Shown here piece after piece: positions 18,764 through 26,441 of a stretch of DNA of 64,000 nt. Source of the DNA: Eubacteriales bacterium (GTDB lineage: Bacteria; Bacillota; Clostridia; Lachnospirales; JAITVM01). Location of the stretch: NCBI GenBank assembly GCA_031551135.1, contig JAVBOA010000010.1, positions 774 through 64,773 on the forward strand, in the 5' to 3' direction. Within the stretch, counting starts at the first letter, position 1; each line of letters starts with the position of its first letter. Both the position numbers and the translations under genes were made by a program. The notes under the pieces were generated by a model. It saw nothing but the letters and a program-made list of their open reading frames with translations. It had not been told where the DNA came from and searched no databases.

Positions 18764-18850
18764 CTATGAATTGTTTTCAGTTGCGGTTGACTTATCTTTC
18801 ATAGCTCTTGGATCTTTTTTTGCTTTTTTTTCGTTCCTGTTTTTAGCCAA
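18764..18850 (-). CDS. Candidate 28-aa basic small protein (MAKNRNEKKAKKDPRAMKDKSTATENNS)
   Basis: Absent from the ORF track because it is under 60 aa. GAGGAG RBS 7 nt upstream of a TTG start. Lies between tRNA-Val and the bidirectional terminator on the same strand. Confidence 0.3.
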   Translation of the reverse strand: MAKNRNEKKAKKDPRAMKDKSTATENNS

Positions 18851-18917
18851 ACAATCACTCCTCAAAATATTGATGAAGCTATTATTTGCAGAAATCGAAA
18901 AATTATGCATAAAAAAA

Positions 18918-18990
18918 TGGGAGCTATAGGGCTCGAACCTATGACCCTCTGCTTGTAAGGCAGATGCTCTCCCAGCTGAGCTAAGCTCCC
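18918..18990 (-). tRNA. tRNA-Val (anticodon TAC)
   Basis: The reverse complement folds as a 73-nt cloverleaf: GGGAGCT-TA-GCTC-AGCTGGGA-GAGC-A-TCTGC-CTTACAA-GCAGA-GGGTC-ATAGG-TTCGAGC-CCTAT-AGCTCCC-A. Confidence 0.92.
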
Positions 18991-19006
18991 AAAAAATCTT
19001 TTTACA

Positions 19007-19034
19007 TTATTACATAAAATACAGTTCTTGTCAA
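19007..19034 (-). promoter_or_regulatory. Putative SigA promoter for tRNA-Val
   Basis: Minus strand TTGACA (19034..19029), 16-nt spacer, TAATAA (19012..19007), about 17 nt before the tRNA 5' end. Confidence 0.45.
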
Positions 19035-19143
19035 TATAGCGGCTTGATTTTAATCTCGTAAAAAATATTTTTTCTGAAAGATAAAAAAACAAACCGCTAT
19101 GTATATAAACTTTAGTACTTAAAACTAATAGAAATATTTATGA

Positions 19144-20340
19144 TTAATATTGGTCATAAGCTTCTTTAATCCATTCTTCAACATCCGCCAGACCGATACC
19201 CGGGCAAGACATAGTTCCATATTTCCACGCAACGTCGTTCATAATCTTAGGAGCCATAGCAAGAGAATCTTCTAAAGAAATTCCCATGCCTTTTAAAGTA
19301 GGAAGTCCGGAAGCCTTCATAAAATCTTTCAAAGCTTGAGCAGTTTTTTCGCCAAGTTCTTCGTCCGATTTAATGCTTGTTATATCAATGCCAATAGCTT
19401 CTGCGGCAATTTTAAGTCTGTCAGGCATATGTTTTGCATACAATTTAGCGAGCTGCGGAAGACAGAGAGCACAGCAAAGACCGTGAGGTTTGTGATAAAC
19501 CGAGCCAACAGTATGTCCGACAGCATGAGTCAAGTGGCACATAACTGTATTGATGGCATAACCGCCGAGAGAAGAAGCAAAAGCAAGTCCTTCGCGGGCT
19601 TCAATATTATTTCCGTCTTCAAGAGCTACAGGAAGCCATTTATGGATATTTTTAATCGATTCAACAGCATACATTGTAGCATATTTTTCTTTAGCCATAG
19701 GGTCGTTTCGGCAGATACAGTCAAATGAGTGAGTATAAGCATCAAAGGCACATGCGGCAGTTCCGGCAGGAGGCATTCCACAGTAAAGTTTCGGGTCATT
19801 AAGGGCAAGAGAAACATAGCAAGCAGGACCAAAAAGTCCGAATTTTTGATTTACTTTTGTATCGGATATAACTGCACCTAAAGTTGCTTCGGAGCCGGTG
19901 CCTGCCGTTGTCGGAATAGCGATTATCGGCGTAGTCGGCATAGTAAATTTTTCTGTGCCCGGCATTCCCGGTATCATAATACCAAACCATTGATTGATTG
20001 GCGGTGGATTGTGCAAAAGGTATCTGACAGCCTTTGCGGTATCCATAGAGCTTCCGCCGCCGATTGCAATAATTCCGTTTACTTTTTCATTGTTGGCAAG
20101 AGCGCCTGCTTCGTCACAAACAAAATCCGGCGGATCGGCCTGTACTCCGTCGAATTCGCAATACTCGATTCCTGCCTCTTTGAGTTTGGCAAGAAGCGGA
20201 TCAACAACTCCGGCAGCTTTGATTCCTTTGTCATAAACAACTATTGCTTTCGTCATTTTTAGTTCTTTTGCCTTTTCGCCTATAAGCTCTGATGCACCAA
20301 CTCCAAAAATTTGAGGAGCGAAGTAACCTGTCTTTACCAT
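19144..20340 (-). CDS. Iron-containing (group III) alcohol dehydrogenase
   Basis: GIIAIGGGSSMDTAKA, and a His-rich metal site region (THSFD...HLTHAVGHTVGSVYHKPHGL). Start set at MVKTGYF (ATG 20340) with an AGGAGG RBS. Confidence 0.85.
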   Translation of the reverse strand: MVKTGYFAPQIFGVGASELIGEKAKELKMTKAIVVYDKGIKAAGVVDPLLAKLKEAGIEYCEFDGVQADPPDFVCDEAGALANNEKVNGIIAIGGGSSMDTAKAVRYLLHNPPPINQWFGIMIPGMPGTEKFTMPTTPIIAIPTTAGTGSEATLGAVISDTKVNQKFGLFGPACYVSLALNDPKLYCGMPPAGTAACAFDAYTHSFDCICRNDPMAKEKYATMYAVESIKNIHKWLPVALEDGNNIEAREGLAFASSLGGYAINTVMCHLTHAVGHTVGSVYHKPHGLCCALCLPQLAKLYAKHMPDRLKIAAEAIGIDITSIKSDEELGEKTAQALKDFMKASGLPTLKGMGISLEDSLAMAPKIMNDVAWKYGTMSCPGIGLADVEEWIKEAYDQY

Positions 20341-20363
20341 ATAATTACCTCCTAAAATATAAA

Positions 20364-20408
20364 TAAAAAAAGCAAACAACGAGAATCTAAGTACGTGAAC
20401 GTTTGCTT
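20364..20408 (-). terminator. Leader terminator upstream of the alcohol dehydrogenase
   Basis: Minus strand AAGCAAACG...CGTTGTTTGCTT hairpin followed by TTTTTTT, located between leader copy B and the RBS. Confidence 0.65.
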
Positions 20409-20427
20409 AAACCGAACCCAAAAAAAG

Positions 20428-20518
20428 CCATCTCCTTCTCGCAATGGAAAGCATTTCTGTTTCCGGAAATACTCATCGGCTGCTATCCATGACACTCGTT
20501 TTAGGATTAACATCTCGG
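20428..20518 (-). promoter_or_regulatory. Conserved leader RNA element, copy B (riboswitch/attenuator candidate)
   Basis: Minus strand reads CCGAG-N33-GCCGAUGAGUAUUUCCGGAAACAGAAAUGCUUUCCAUUGCGAGAAGGAGAUGG. Matches copy A with compensatory changes in two stems. Confidence 0.6.
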
Positions 20519-20535
20519 TTTTAGCAATTATAACA

Positions 20536-20564
20536 ATTATAATCGAGTAAATTTACAAAGTCAA
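20536..20564 (-). promoter_or_regulatory. SigA-type promoter for the adh leader
   Basis: Minus strand TTGACT (20564..20559), 17-nt spacer, TATAAT (20541..20536). Confidence 0.65.
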
Positions 20565-20812
20565 GGCAGTTTCACTATAGTTATTTAATTAACAATCTTG
20601 TCAATTGATAAAATAGCCTAAATTCATGTTAAATATATTTGGAGTAAACAAATATCTGCGGCTTATTTTATATTTATATTTTTTTAACAATCTTTAAACC
20701 TAATATAAAATATTTTTTGTAATAACTAAAGAGAGCAAAAAAATGCTATATGAAAAATAGCTAAAAATCATACAAATACTTTGTTAAATATATAAAATAT
20801 GATATTTGTATA

Positions 20813-20841
20813 TTGACATATTTTAAACTATTAAATATAAT
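20813..20841 (+). promoter_or_regulatory. SigA-type promoter for the mop operon leader
   Basis: TTGACA (20813..20818), 17-nt spacer, TATAAT (20836..20841). Confidence 0.7.
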
Positions 20842-20857
20842 AAAAATGTACAAATTT

Positions 20858-20949
20858 CCGAGCCGAAGTATCTAAAGTGTATACTATGATATAAGGCCGA
20901 TGAGTATAGTTGGAAACAGCTATGCTTTCCATGGTTGAGAAGGAGATGG
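20858..20949 (+). promoter_or_regulatory. Conserved leader RNA element, copy A (riboswitch/attenuator candidate)
   Basis: CCGAG-N33-GCCGAUGAGUAUAGUUGGAAACAGCUAUGCUUUCCAUGGUUGAGAAGGAGAUGG. Contains a 10-bp stem capped by a GAAA tetraloop at 20903..20926. Confidence 0.6.
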
Positions 20950-20970
20950 TTATATTTTATTTATGTATTA

Positions 20971-21020
20971 AATCAATCTGAAAGCCTTTTTTGACTTTCC
21001 GGTTGATTTTTTTTATTTTT
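20971..21020 (+). terminator. Leader terminator upstream of mop
   Basis: AATCAATCTGAAAG...CTTTCCGGTTGATT (13 of 14 bp) followed by TTTTTTTTATTTTTT. The RBS AAGGAGG and ATG 21049 follow. Confidence 0.7.
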
Positions 21021-21048
21021 TAATCATTTTGAAAAGGAGGAAGAATGA

Positions 21049-23892
21049 ATGGCTTTAAAGAAAATGACTTTAGTTATTAACGGCACAGAGCGTATGTTTA
21101 TGTGCGAGCCCGAAAAAGATTCCCTTGCTCAAGTAATTAGGCGGTTGGGGTTGACTGGAACAAAGATTGGATGCGGAACAGGCCAATGCGGTGCATGTTC
21201 CGTAATTTTGAACGGCGAGGTTTGTCGTTCATGCTCGAAAAAAATGAAAACAGTTGCTGAATATAGCGTAATCACTACCATCGAAGGACTTGGCACAGCG
21301 GAAAACCTTCATCCGCTTCAAAAAGCGTGGATAATTTACGGCGGTGTTCAATGCGGTTTTTGCAGCCCGGGCTTTATTGTTTCCGCAAAATGCCTTTTAG
21401 ACCACAATCCGAATCCTACACGTCAAGAAGTCAGAGACTGGTTCCAAAAGAACCGCAACGCTTGCCGTTGTACAGGATATAAACCTTTAGTTGATGCCGT
21501 TATGGCGGCCGCCGAAGTAATGCGCGGTGACAAGCCTATGTCTTCGCTTGAATACAAAATGCCGGAAGACGGCAAAATATACAGTTCTCATTTTCCGCGT
21601 CCTGCCGCTCTCGGAAAAGTTCTCGGCGCTACAGATTATGGCGACGATATTTCGCAAAAAACTCCGGGCATGCTGGAATCGGCTGTCGTTCTTGCAAGAG
21701 TTCATCACGCTAACATAATTTCGATTGATATTTCGGAAGCTGAAAAAGCTCCGGGCGTAGTTAAAGTTGTTACTTCAAAAGACGTTAAAGGAATGAACCG
21801 CGTGCCTATTCCAATAGCTTCACCGCGTGCAAAAGGTTCCGGATTTGAACGTCCGATTTATAATGATAAAAAAGTTTTCCGTTATGGCGATATTTTAGCT
21901 TTGGTTATTGCTGACACCCGCGAAAACGCAAGGGCTGCCGCAAAACTTGTAAAACTGGAGCTTGAAGAACTTCCTGCAAATTTAACAGCAGTAGAGGCTT
22001 TGGCCGAAGACGCTGTCAGAGTACATGACGAATATCCTCCTGTAGTATGCGACATGCCTTGCTTCCACGGCGACGACCCAAGAGAAGAACTCAAAAAGAG
22101 CAAATTCGTTGTTGAAGGAAGTTTCCATTCCAGCAGAGAGCCGCATTTACCGATTGAACCGGACGTTGTTCAAGCATATATCGACGAAAACGGAATTTTG
22201 ACTATACACAATAAAACATTGGCTCTGCATTTGAGCTGGGCAGTTATTGGGCCGGGCGTAGGATTCCCTAAAGAAAAAATCCGTATTATAGAAAATCCAA
22301 CCGGAGCAAGTTTCGGATACTCCATGGATCCGCATACTTCCGCTGTGGTTGCGGTTGGTACAATCGCAGTTGACGGCCGCCCTGTCAACCTTACGCTGAC
22401 ATATGAAGAGCATATGCATGTAACAGGCAAGCGTCTTCCTTCTTATACAAACGCAATTATGGGCTGTGATGAAAACGGCAAGCTCAACACAATGGCTTAT
22501 GAAATTATAATGGAAAAAGGTGCGTATTCTCAATTGGCTTATGTTTATGCCGAAGCCGGCCTTCGTTTCTTTGGTGCGCCTTATACCGTGCCGAACACAT
22601 GGGGAATTTGCGAAGTTGTAATGACAAACCACAATTTCGGAATCGCATACCGCGGCGCCGGTTCTCCGCAAGGTCAGCACGCATCAGAAATTTTGGTAGA
22701 CATGCTTGCTGAAAAAGCCGGAATCGATCCGCTCGAATTCAGATATATGAACGTTTATAAAGAAGGCGATACTTCGCATATCGGTCATAAGTTCAATGTA
22801 TATCCTATGCAGGCTATTTTGGACAAGCTTCGCCCGAAATATCAAGCTGCAAAAGAAAGAGCTGCAAAAGAATCCACTCCGGAGAAAAAACGCGGCGTTG
22901 GTGTTTGCTGCGGTACTTTCAACGTTGGACCTAATCCGAACGATAACTGTACTATAACTCTTGAGCTTAATGAAAAAGACGGCATTACGCTTTATTCGAA
23001 CTGGCAAGACCAAGGACAAGGCGCGGATATCGGTTCTCTTACAAACTGCCACGAGGCATTCAAAGAACTCGGAATCAGACCTGACCAAATCAAACTTGTT
23101 ATGAACGATACATTCCTTCCTTCTGTTCATGGTCCTTCCGGCGGAAGCCGCTCGCACTATATGGACGGTATGGCAATGGTTAATGCCGCTAACAAACTTA
23201 TGGACGCAATGAGAAAAGATGACGGCACTTTCAGAACATATCAAGAAATGAAAGCCGAAGGAATTGAAACAAAATACGCCGGCGCAGGCTCGACAGGAGC
23301 ATTTACTTCTCCGCTCGACCCGAATACCGGACAAGGAAACCCTTCCGGCGAATATATGTTTGCGGCTTACCTCGCTGATGTTGAGGTTGAAGTTGCAACC
23401 GGCAAAACAAAAGTAATCAGCATGCACTGTGTATGCGACGTCGGCGTAATCGGAAATTATCTTGCTGTAGACGGTCAAGCATACGGCGGTATGTCGCATT
23501 GTATCGGCTTTGCGCTTTCGGAAAATTATCATGATGTAGATAAACATAAGCATCTTATCGGCGCAGGACTTCCGTTTATAAATGATGTTCCGGACGGTGA
23601 CGATTTCACGGTTGAATATAATATTTCTCCGAGAAATACAAATCCTTTCGGCTCCGGCGGATGCTCCGAAGTTTTCCAAAGCTCGGATCACGTTGCTATA
23701 CTTAACGGTATTTACAATGCTGTTGGCGTACGTATTACCGATATTCCGGCACTTCCTGAAAAAGTTAAAGCCGGAATCGACGCTCTTGCCGCAGGCAAAG
23801 AAGTTGAAAACCTGAAATATAATCTGGGTAAAGATTTGTTTGAAAAACTCGATTTTGCGAAAGCAAATCCGGTTGAGATTAAAAAAGCCTAG
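21049..23892 (+). CDS. mop: Mop-type molybdenum aldehyde oxidoreductase (xanthine oxidase family; two [2Fe-2S] domains fused to the Mo-pterin domain, no FAD domain)
   Basis: GCGTGQCGACSV and QCGFCSPGF cluster motifs. ENLHPLQKAW...RDWFQKNRNACRCTGYKPLVDAVM closely parallels Desulfovibrio gigas MOP as I recall it. The 947-aa single-chain layout also matches. Confidence 0.88.
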   Translation: MALKKMTLVINGTERMFMCEPEKDSLAQVIRRLGLTGTKIGCGTGQCGACSVILNGEVCRSCSKKMKTVAEYSVITTIEGLGTAENLHPLQKAWIIYGGVQCGFCSPGFIVSAKCLLDHNPNPTRQEVRDWFQKNRNACRCTGYKPLVDAVMAAAEVMRGDKPMSSLEYKMPEDGKIYSSHFPRPAALGKVLGATDYGDDISQKTPGMLESAVVLARVHHANIISIDISEAEKAPGVVKVVTSKDVKGMNRVPIPIASPRAKGSGFERPIYNDKKVFRYGDILALVIADTRENARAAAKLVKLELEELPANLTAVEALAEDAVRVHDEYPPVVCDMPCFHGDDPREELKKSKFVVEGSFHSSREPHLPIEPDVVQAYIDENGILTIHNKTLALHLSWAVIGPGVGFPKEKIRIIENPTGASFGYSMDPHTSAVVAVGTIAVDGRPVNLTLTYEEHMHVTGKRLPSYTNAIMGCDENGKLNTMAYEIIMEKGAYSQLAYVYAEAGLRFFGAPYTVPNTWGICEVVMTNHNFGIAYRGAGSPQGQHASEILVDMLAEKAGIDPLEFRYMNVYKEGDTSHIGHKFNVYPMQAILDKLRPKYQAAKERAAKESTPEKKRGVGVCCGTFNVGPNPNDNCTITLELNEKDGITLYSNWQDQGQGADIGSLTNCHEAFKELGIRPDQIKLVMNDTFLPSVHGPSGGSRSHYMDGMAMVNAANKLMDAMRKDDGTFRTYQEMKAEGIETKYAGAGSTGAFTSPLDPNTGQGNPSGEYMFAAYLADVEVEVATGKTKVISMHCVCDVGVIGNYLAVDGQAYGGMSHCIGFALSENYHDVDKHKHLIGAGLPFINDVPDGDDFTVEYNISPRNTNPFGSGGCSEVFQSSDHVAILNGIYNAVGVRITDIPALPEKVKAGIDALAAGKEVENLKYNLGKDLFEKLDFAKANPVEIKKA

Positions 23893-23986
23893 AAAAATTC
23901 CAGAAATATAACTATAATAATAGGGCTGCGTTTTTTGCAGCCCTTAACTATATAACTATATAACAAATCCCAAAAGTGGTGTGTTT

Positions 23987-26233
23987 ATGAATCCTAATTA
24001 TTTTGAAGAAAAAATTAATAAATGTTTAAGAGATGAAAAAGCATTCTGTTCGAATGCTTGTCCTTTTGATATCGATATCAGAGATTTTCTCGGAAAAATC
24101 CAGAAAGGCTTGTTCACTCAGGCGTACAATGCTTATGCTAAAACAGTTTTGTTCCCGAATATTGTTTCGCGTCTTTGTCCGGAAATGTGTAAAAATAATT
24201 GTATCCGTTGCGGAATCGACGAGCCGGTTTTAGTTGGAGAATTAGAAAAATCTCTTTCATATATGCATAAAAATCAGGTCACGCCTGCATATTATATTCC
24301 CGAAAAAAACAAAAGCGTGCAGATTATAGGCGGCGGTTTATGTGCCCTAGCCTGCGGAATAAAATTGGCGCAGAGCGGATATAGAGTTGACCTTTATGAA
24401 AAAAATCCCAAAACCGGCGGAACTGTTTGGAATACAGAAGAAAATATTCTGCCGCAAGATTTGATTGAAGAAGAAATTCAAAACAAAGCAAACCAAAGAT
24501 TTTTGAATATTTTTACCGATGCCGATTCAGAAGAAATCAATTTAGATTACGACGCTGTTTTCGTGGCGACGGGTTTTGGCGGAAATACTTTCGGCGCGGA
24601 AAAAAGAGATAACGAGTTTTTTTTAGACGATAAAGTATTTTTCGGTGGCTCGCTTGTGAATGGCGAACAATCCAAAGTTCTCTCTGTTCAGCAAGGTATT
24701 TATTGCGCTAAAAAAATAGATGCTTTTTTACGCAAAGTTAAATTAATTACTCCGAAACCTCAAACGGCGTTTTTCAAACCCGATACCGAAAAAATTCTTT
24801 CAAAAAATCCGGTGAAGCCGATTGATGAAAATTCATGGACTGAAGCGGAAATAAAAGAAGAAGCTTCGAGATGTATTCAATGCAGATGTAATAATTGCAT
24901 GGAAGTATGCGATATGCACAATTATTACGGTCGAGAGCCAAAAAAAACTCTTGGCTCAGTTGCCGAAACTATTTTTAAATCTCAGTGGTCAAGAAAGACC
25001 GCACATATTTTAGCTAACAGCTGCACAAACTGCGGTGCGTGCAAAGACGCATGTCCTGTCGGAATTGATTTTTCACAAATCTACAAAGATTCCAGACGGG
25101 TTATGCATTTGCAGGGCGTTACGCCGCCTGCTTATCACGAATACTGGATTAATGACTTGATTCACAGCAACAGCGATGCCGCGCTTGTAAAGCCTGCGAA
25201 AAAAACTACGAATTATCTTTTGTTCCCGGGCTGTCAGCTTGGCGCGACTGACCCTGCTTACGTAGTCGAAAGCTACAGGCTTCTTTCGGAGCTTTTGGAC
25301 AACGAAGTCGGAATTATGTATCAATGCTGCGGTGCGCCGGCCTATTGGGACGGAAATCTGGAAATGTTTTCGTCAACATGCGATAATATCAGAAATTCGT
25401 GGGAAGAACTCGGCAAGCCTGTTATGGTTACAATATGCCCCAGCTGTTACGCGCTTTTCAAAGAGCAATTGCCGGATATTCCGAATATTTCAATTTGGGA
25501 ATTATTAGCGGAAAAATTTGAGCCGTTGGATATCGGAAACTCCCAAAAAATAACGGTTTTCGACCCTTGCTCAAGCTCTGAGTTTCCCGAAATGCAAAAA
25601 TCTGTACGGAAATTGATTGAAAAAATCGGTTTTATCATAGAAGAGGCGGAGGCTGAATCGTCCGCCTGCTGTGGCTACGGCGGTTTAATTTACGGCGCAA
25701 ATCCTGACCTTTATGATAAGATAAACGAAAAAAATATCACGGCTTCGAAAAATGATTTCATTGCTTATTGTACAAACTGCCGAGAGGCCTTTGTGAAATA
25801 CAAAAAGCCGACTTATTATCTTTTGGAGTTGCTTCTTTTTAAAGATACAAACAGAAAATCCCACAGCCGTCTTTCTTTGACCCAGCGCAGAAAAAACAAA
25901 GAAAACACTAAAAAAGCATTATTGAAGGAGTTTTGGCAATTGGACGAAAAAGAAAATCCGAAAAAAATAAAACTTGTTATTTCTGATGAGCTTGTGGAGA
26001 AAATGGACGCACTTTTAATACATGAAGAGAATTTATCCGCGTGTATTCTTTATGCCGAAGAAAACGGCAGCAAAATATTCAACAACGAAAGAAAGTCCTA
26101 CACTGCACATTTATTGCAGGGAATTATTACTTTTTGGGTTGAATATCAAAAAAATTCCGACGGAAGTTTTTCTGTACTGAACGCGTATAAACATCGGATG
26201 AGTATAATTGAAAAAGGTGATATAGATGGCTGA
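23987..26233 (+). CDS. Multidomain redox protein: GltD-like Fe-S N-terminus, FAD/NAD(P) Rossmann, 2x[4Fe-4S] ferredoxin domain, two CCG (HdrD/GlpC-like) Cys-rich domains and a C-terminal extension
   Basis: IIGGGLCALACGIKLAQSGYRVDLYEKNPKTGG, CIQCRCNNCMEVC, CTNCGACKDACPVG, PGCQL...QCCGAP, DPCSS...ACCGYGG. The start is ATG 23987 or GTG 23981. Confidence 0.7.
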   Translation: MNPNYFEEKINKCLRDEKAFCSNACPFDIDIRDFLGKIQKGLFTQAYNAYAKTVLFPNIVSRLCPEMCKNNCIRCGIDEPVLVGELEKSLSYMHKNQVTPAYYIPEKNKSVQIIGGGLCALACGIKLAQSGYRVDLYEKNPKTGGTVWNTEENILPQDLIEEEIQNKANQRFLNIFTDADSEEINLDYDAVFVATGFGGNTFGAEKRDNEFFLDDKVFFGGSLVNGEQSKVLSVQQGIYCAKKIDAFLRKVKLITPKPQTAFFKPDTEKILSKNPVKPIDENSWTEAEIKEEASRCIQCRCNNCMEVCDMHNYYGREPKKTLGSVAETIFKSQWSRKTAHILANSCTNCGACKDACPVGIDFSQIYKDSRRVMHLQGVTPPAYHEYWINDLIHSNSDAALVKPAKKTTNYLLFPGCQLGATDPAYVVESYRLLSELLDNEVGIMYQCCGAPAYWDGNLEMFSSTCDNIRNSWEELGKPVMVTICPSCYALFKEQLPDIPNISIWELLAEKFEPLDIGNSQKITVFDPCSSSEFPEMQKSVRKLIEKIGFIIEEAEAESSACCGYGGLIYGANPDLYDKINEKNITASKNDFIAYCTNCREAFVKYKKPTYYLLELLLFKDTNRKSHSRLSLTQRRKNKENTKKALLKEFWQLDEKENPKKIKLVISDELVEKMDALLIHEENLSACILYAEENGSKIFNNERKSYTAHLLQGIITFWVEYQKNSDGSFSVLNAYKHRMSIIEKGDIDG

Positions 26234-26441
26234 GGACTTGACGAAAAATATTAATATGGATTCCCTTATTTGCGGTAAATGCAATATTCCGCTAGAAAAG
26301 AAAACAACTTATTTTAAATATATGGGATTTGATTTTAATGCCGATTTGCCTTGCTGTCCGTCTTGCAAGCAAGTGTACATTCCCGAAGAACTTGTTACAG
26401 GAAAAATGCAGAAAGTAGAAATGGAGCTTGAGGAAAAGTGA
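26226..26441 (+). CDS. 71-aa zinc-ribbon-like protein (CxxC ... CCPxC)
   Basis: CGKCNIPL...LPCCPSCKQVYIPEE. The start overlaps the upstream stop (ATGGCTGA) and the stop overlaps the GTG start of the radical SAM gene. Confidence 0.6.
   Translation: MAEDLTKNINMDSLICGKCNIPLEKKTTYFKYMGFDFNADLPCCPSCKQVYIPEELVTGKMQKVEMELEEK

Noticed and set aside
18862-19092. 76-aa minus-strand ORF
   Set aside because: It reads straight through tRNA-Val (18918..18990) and its promoter, so it is not a CDS.
20937-20985. Leader peptide starting at the ATG within the conserved GAGAAGGAGAUGG
   Set aside because: The ATG directly abuts the AAGGAG, leaving no spacer. The downstream reading frames differ completely between the two leader copies (11 versus 14 codons, unrelated sequences). 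The conservation is at the RNA level.
22147-23691. Two long minus-strand ORFs (177 and 335 aa) inside mop
   Set aside because: Antisense to a gene whose product aligns along its full length with Mop-type oxidoreductases. No motifs, and the composition is atypical. Shadow ORFs.
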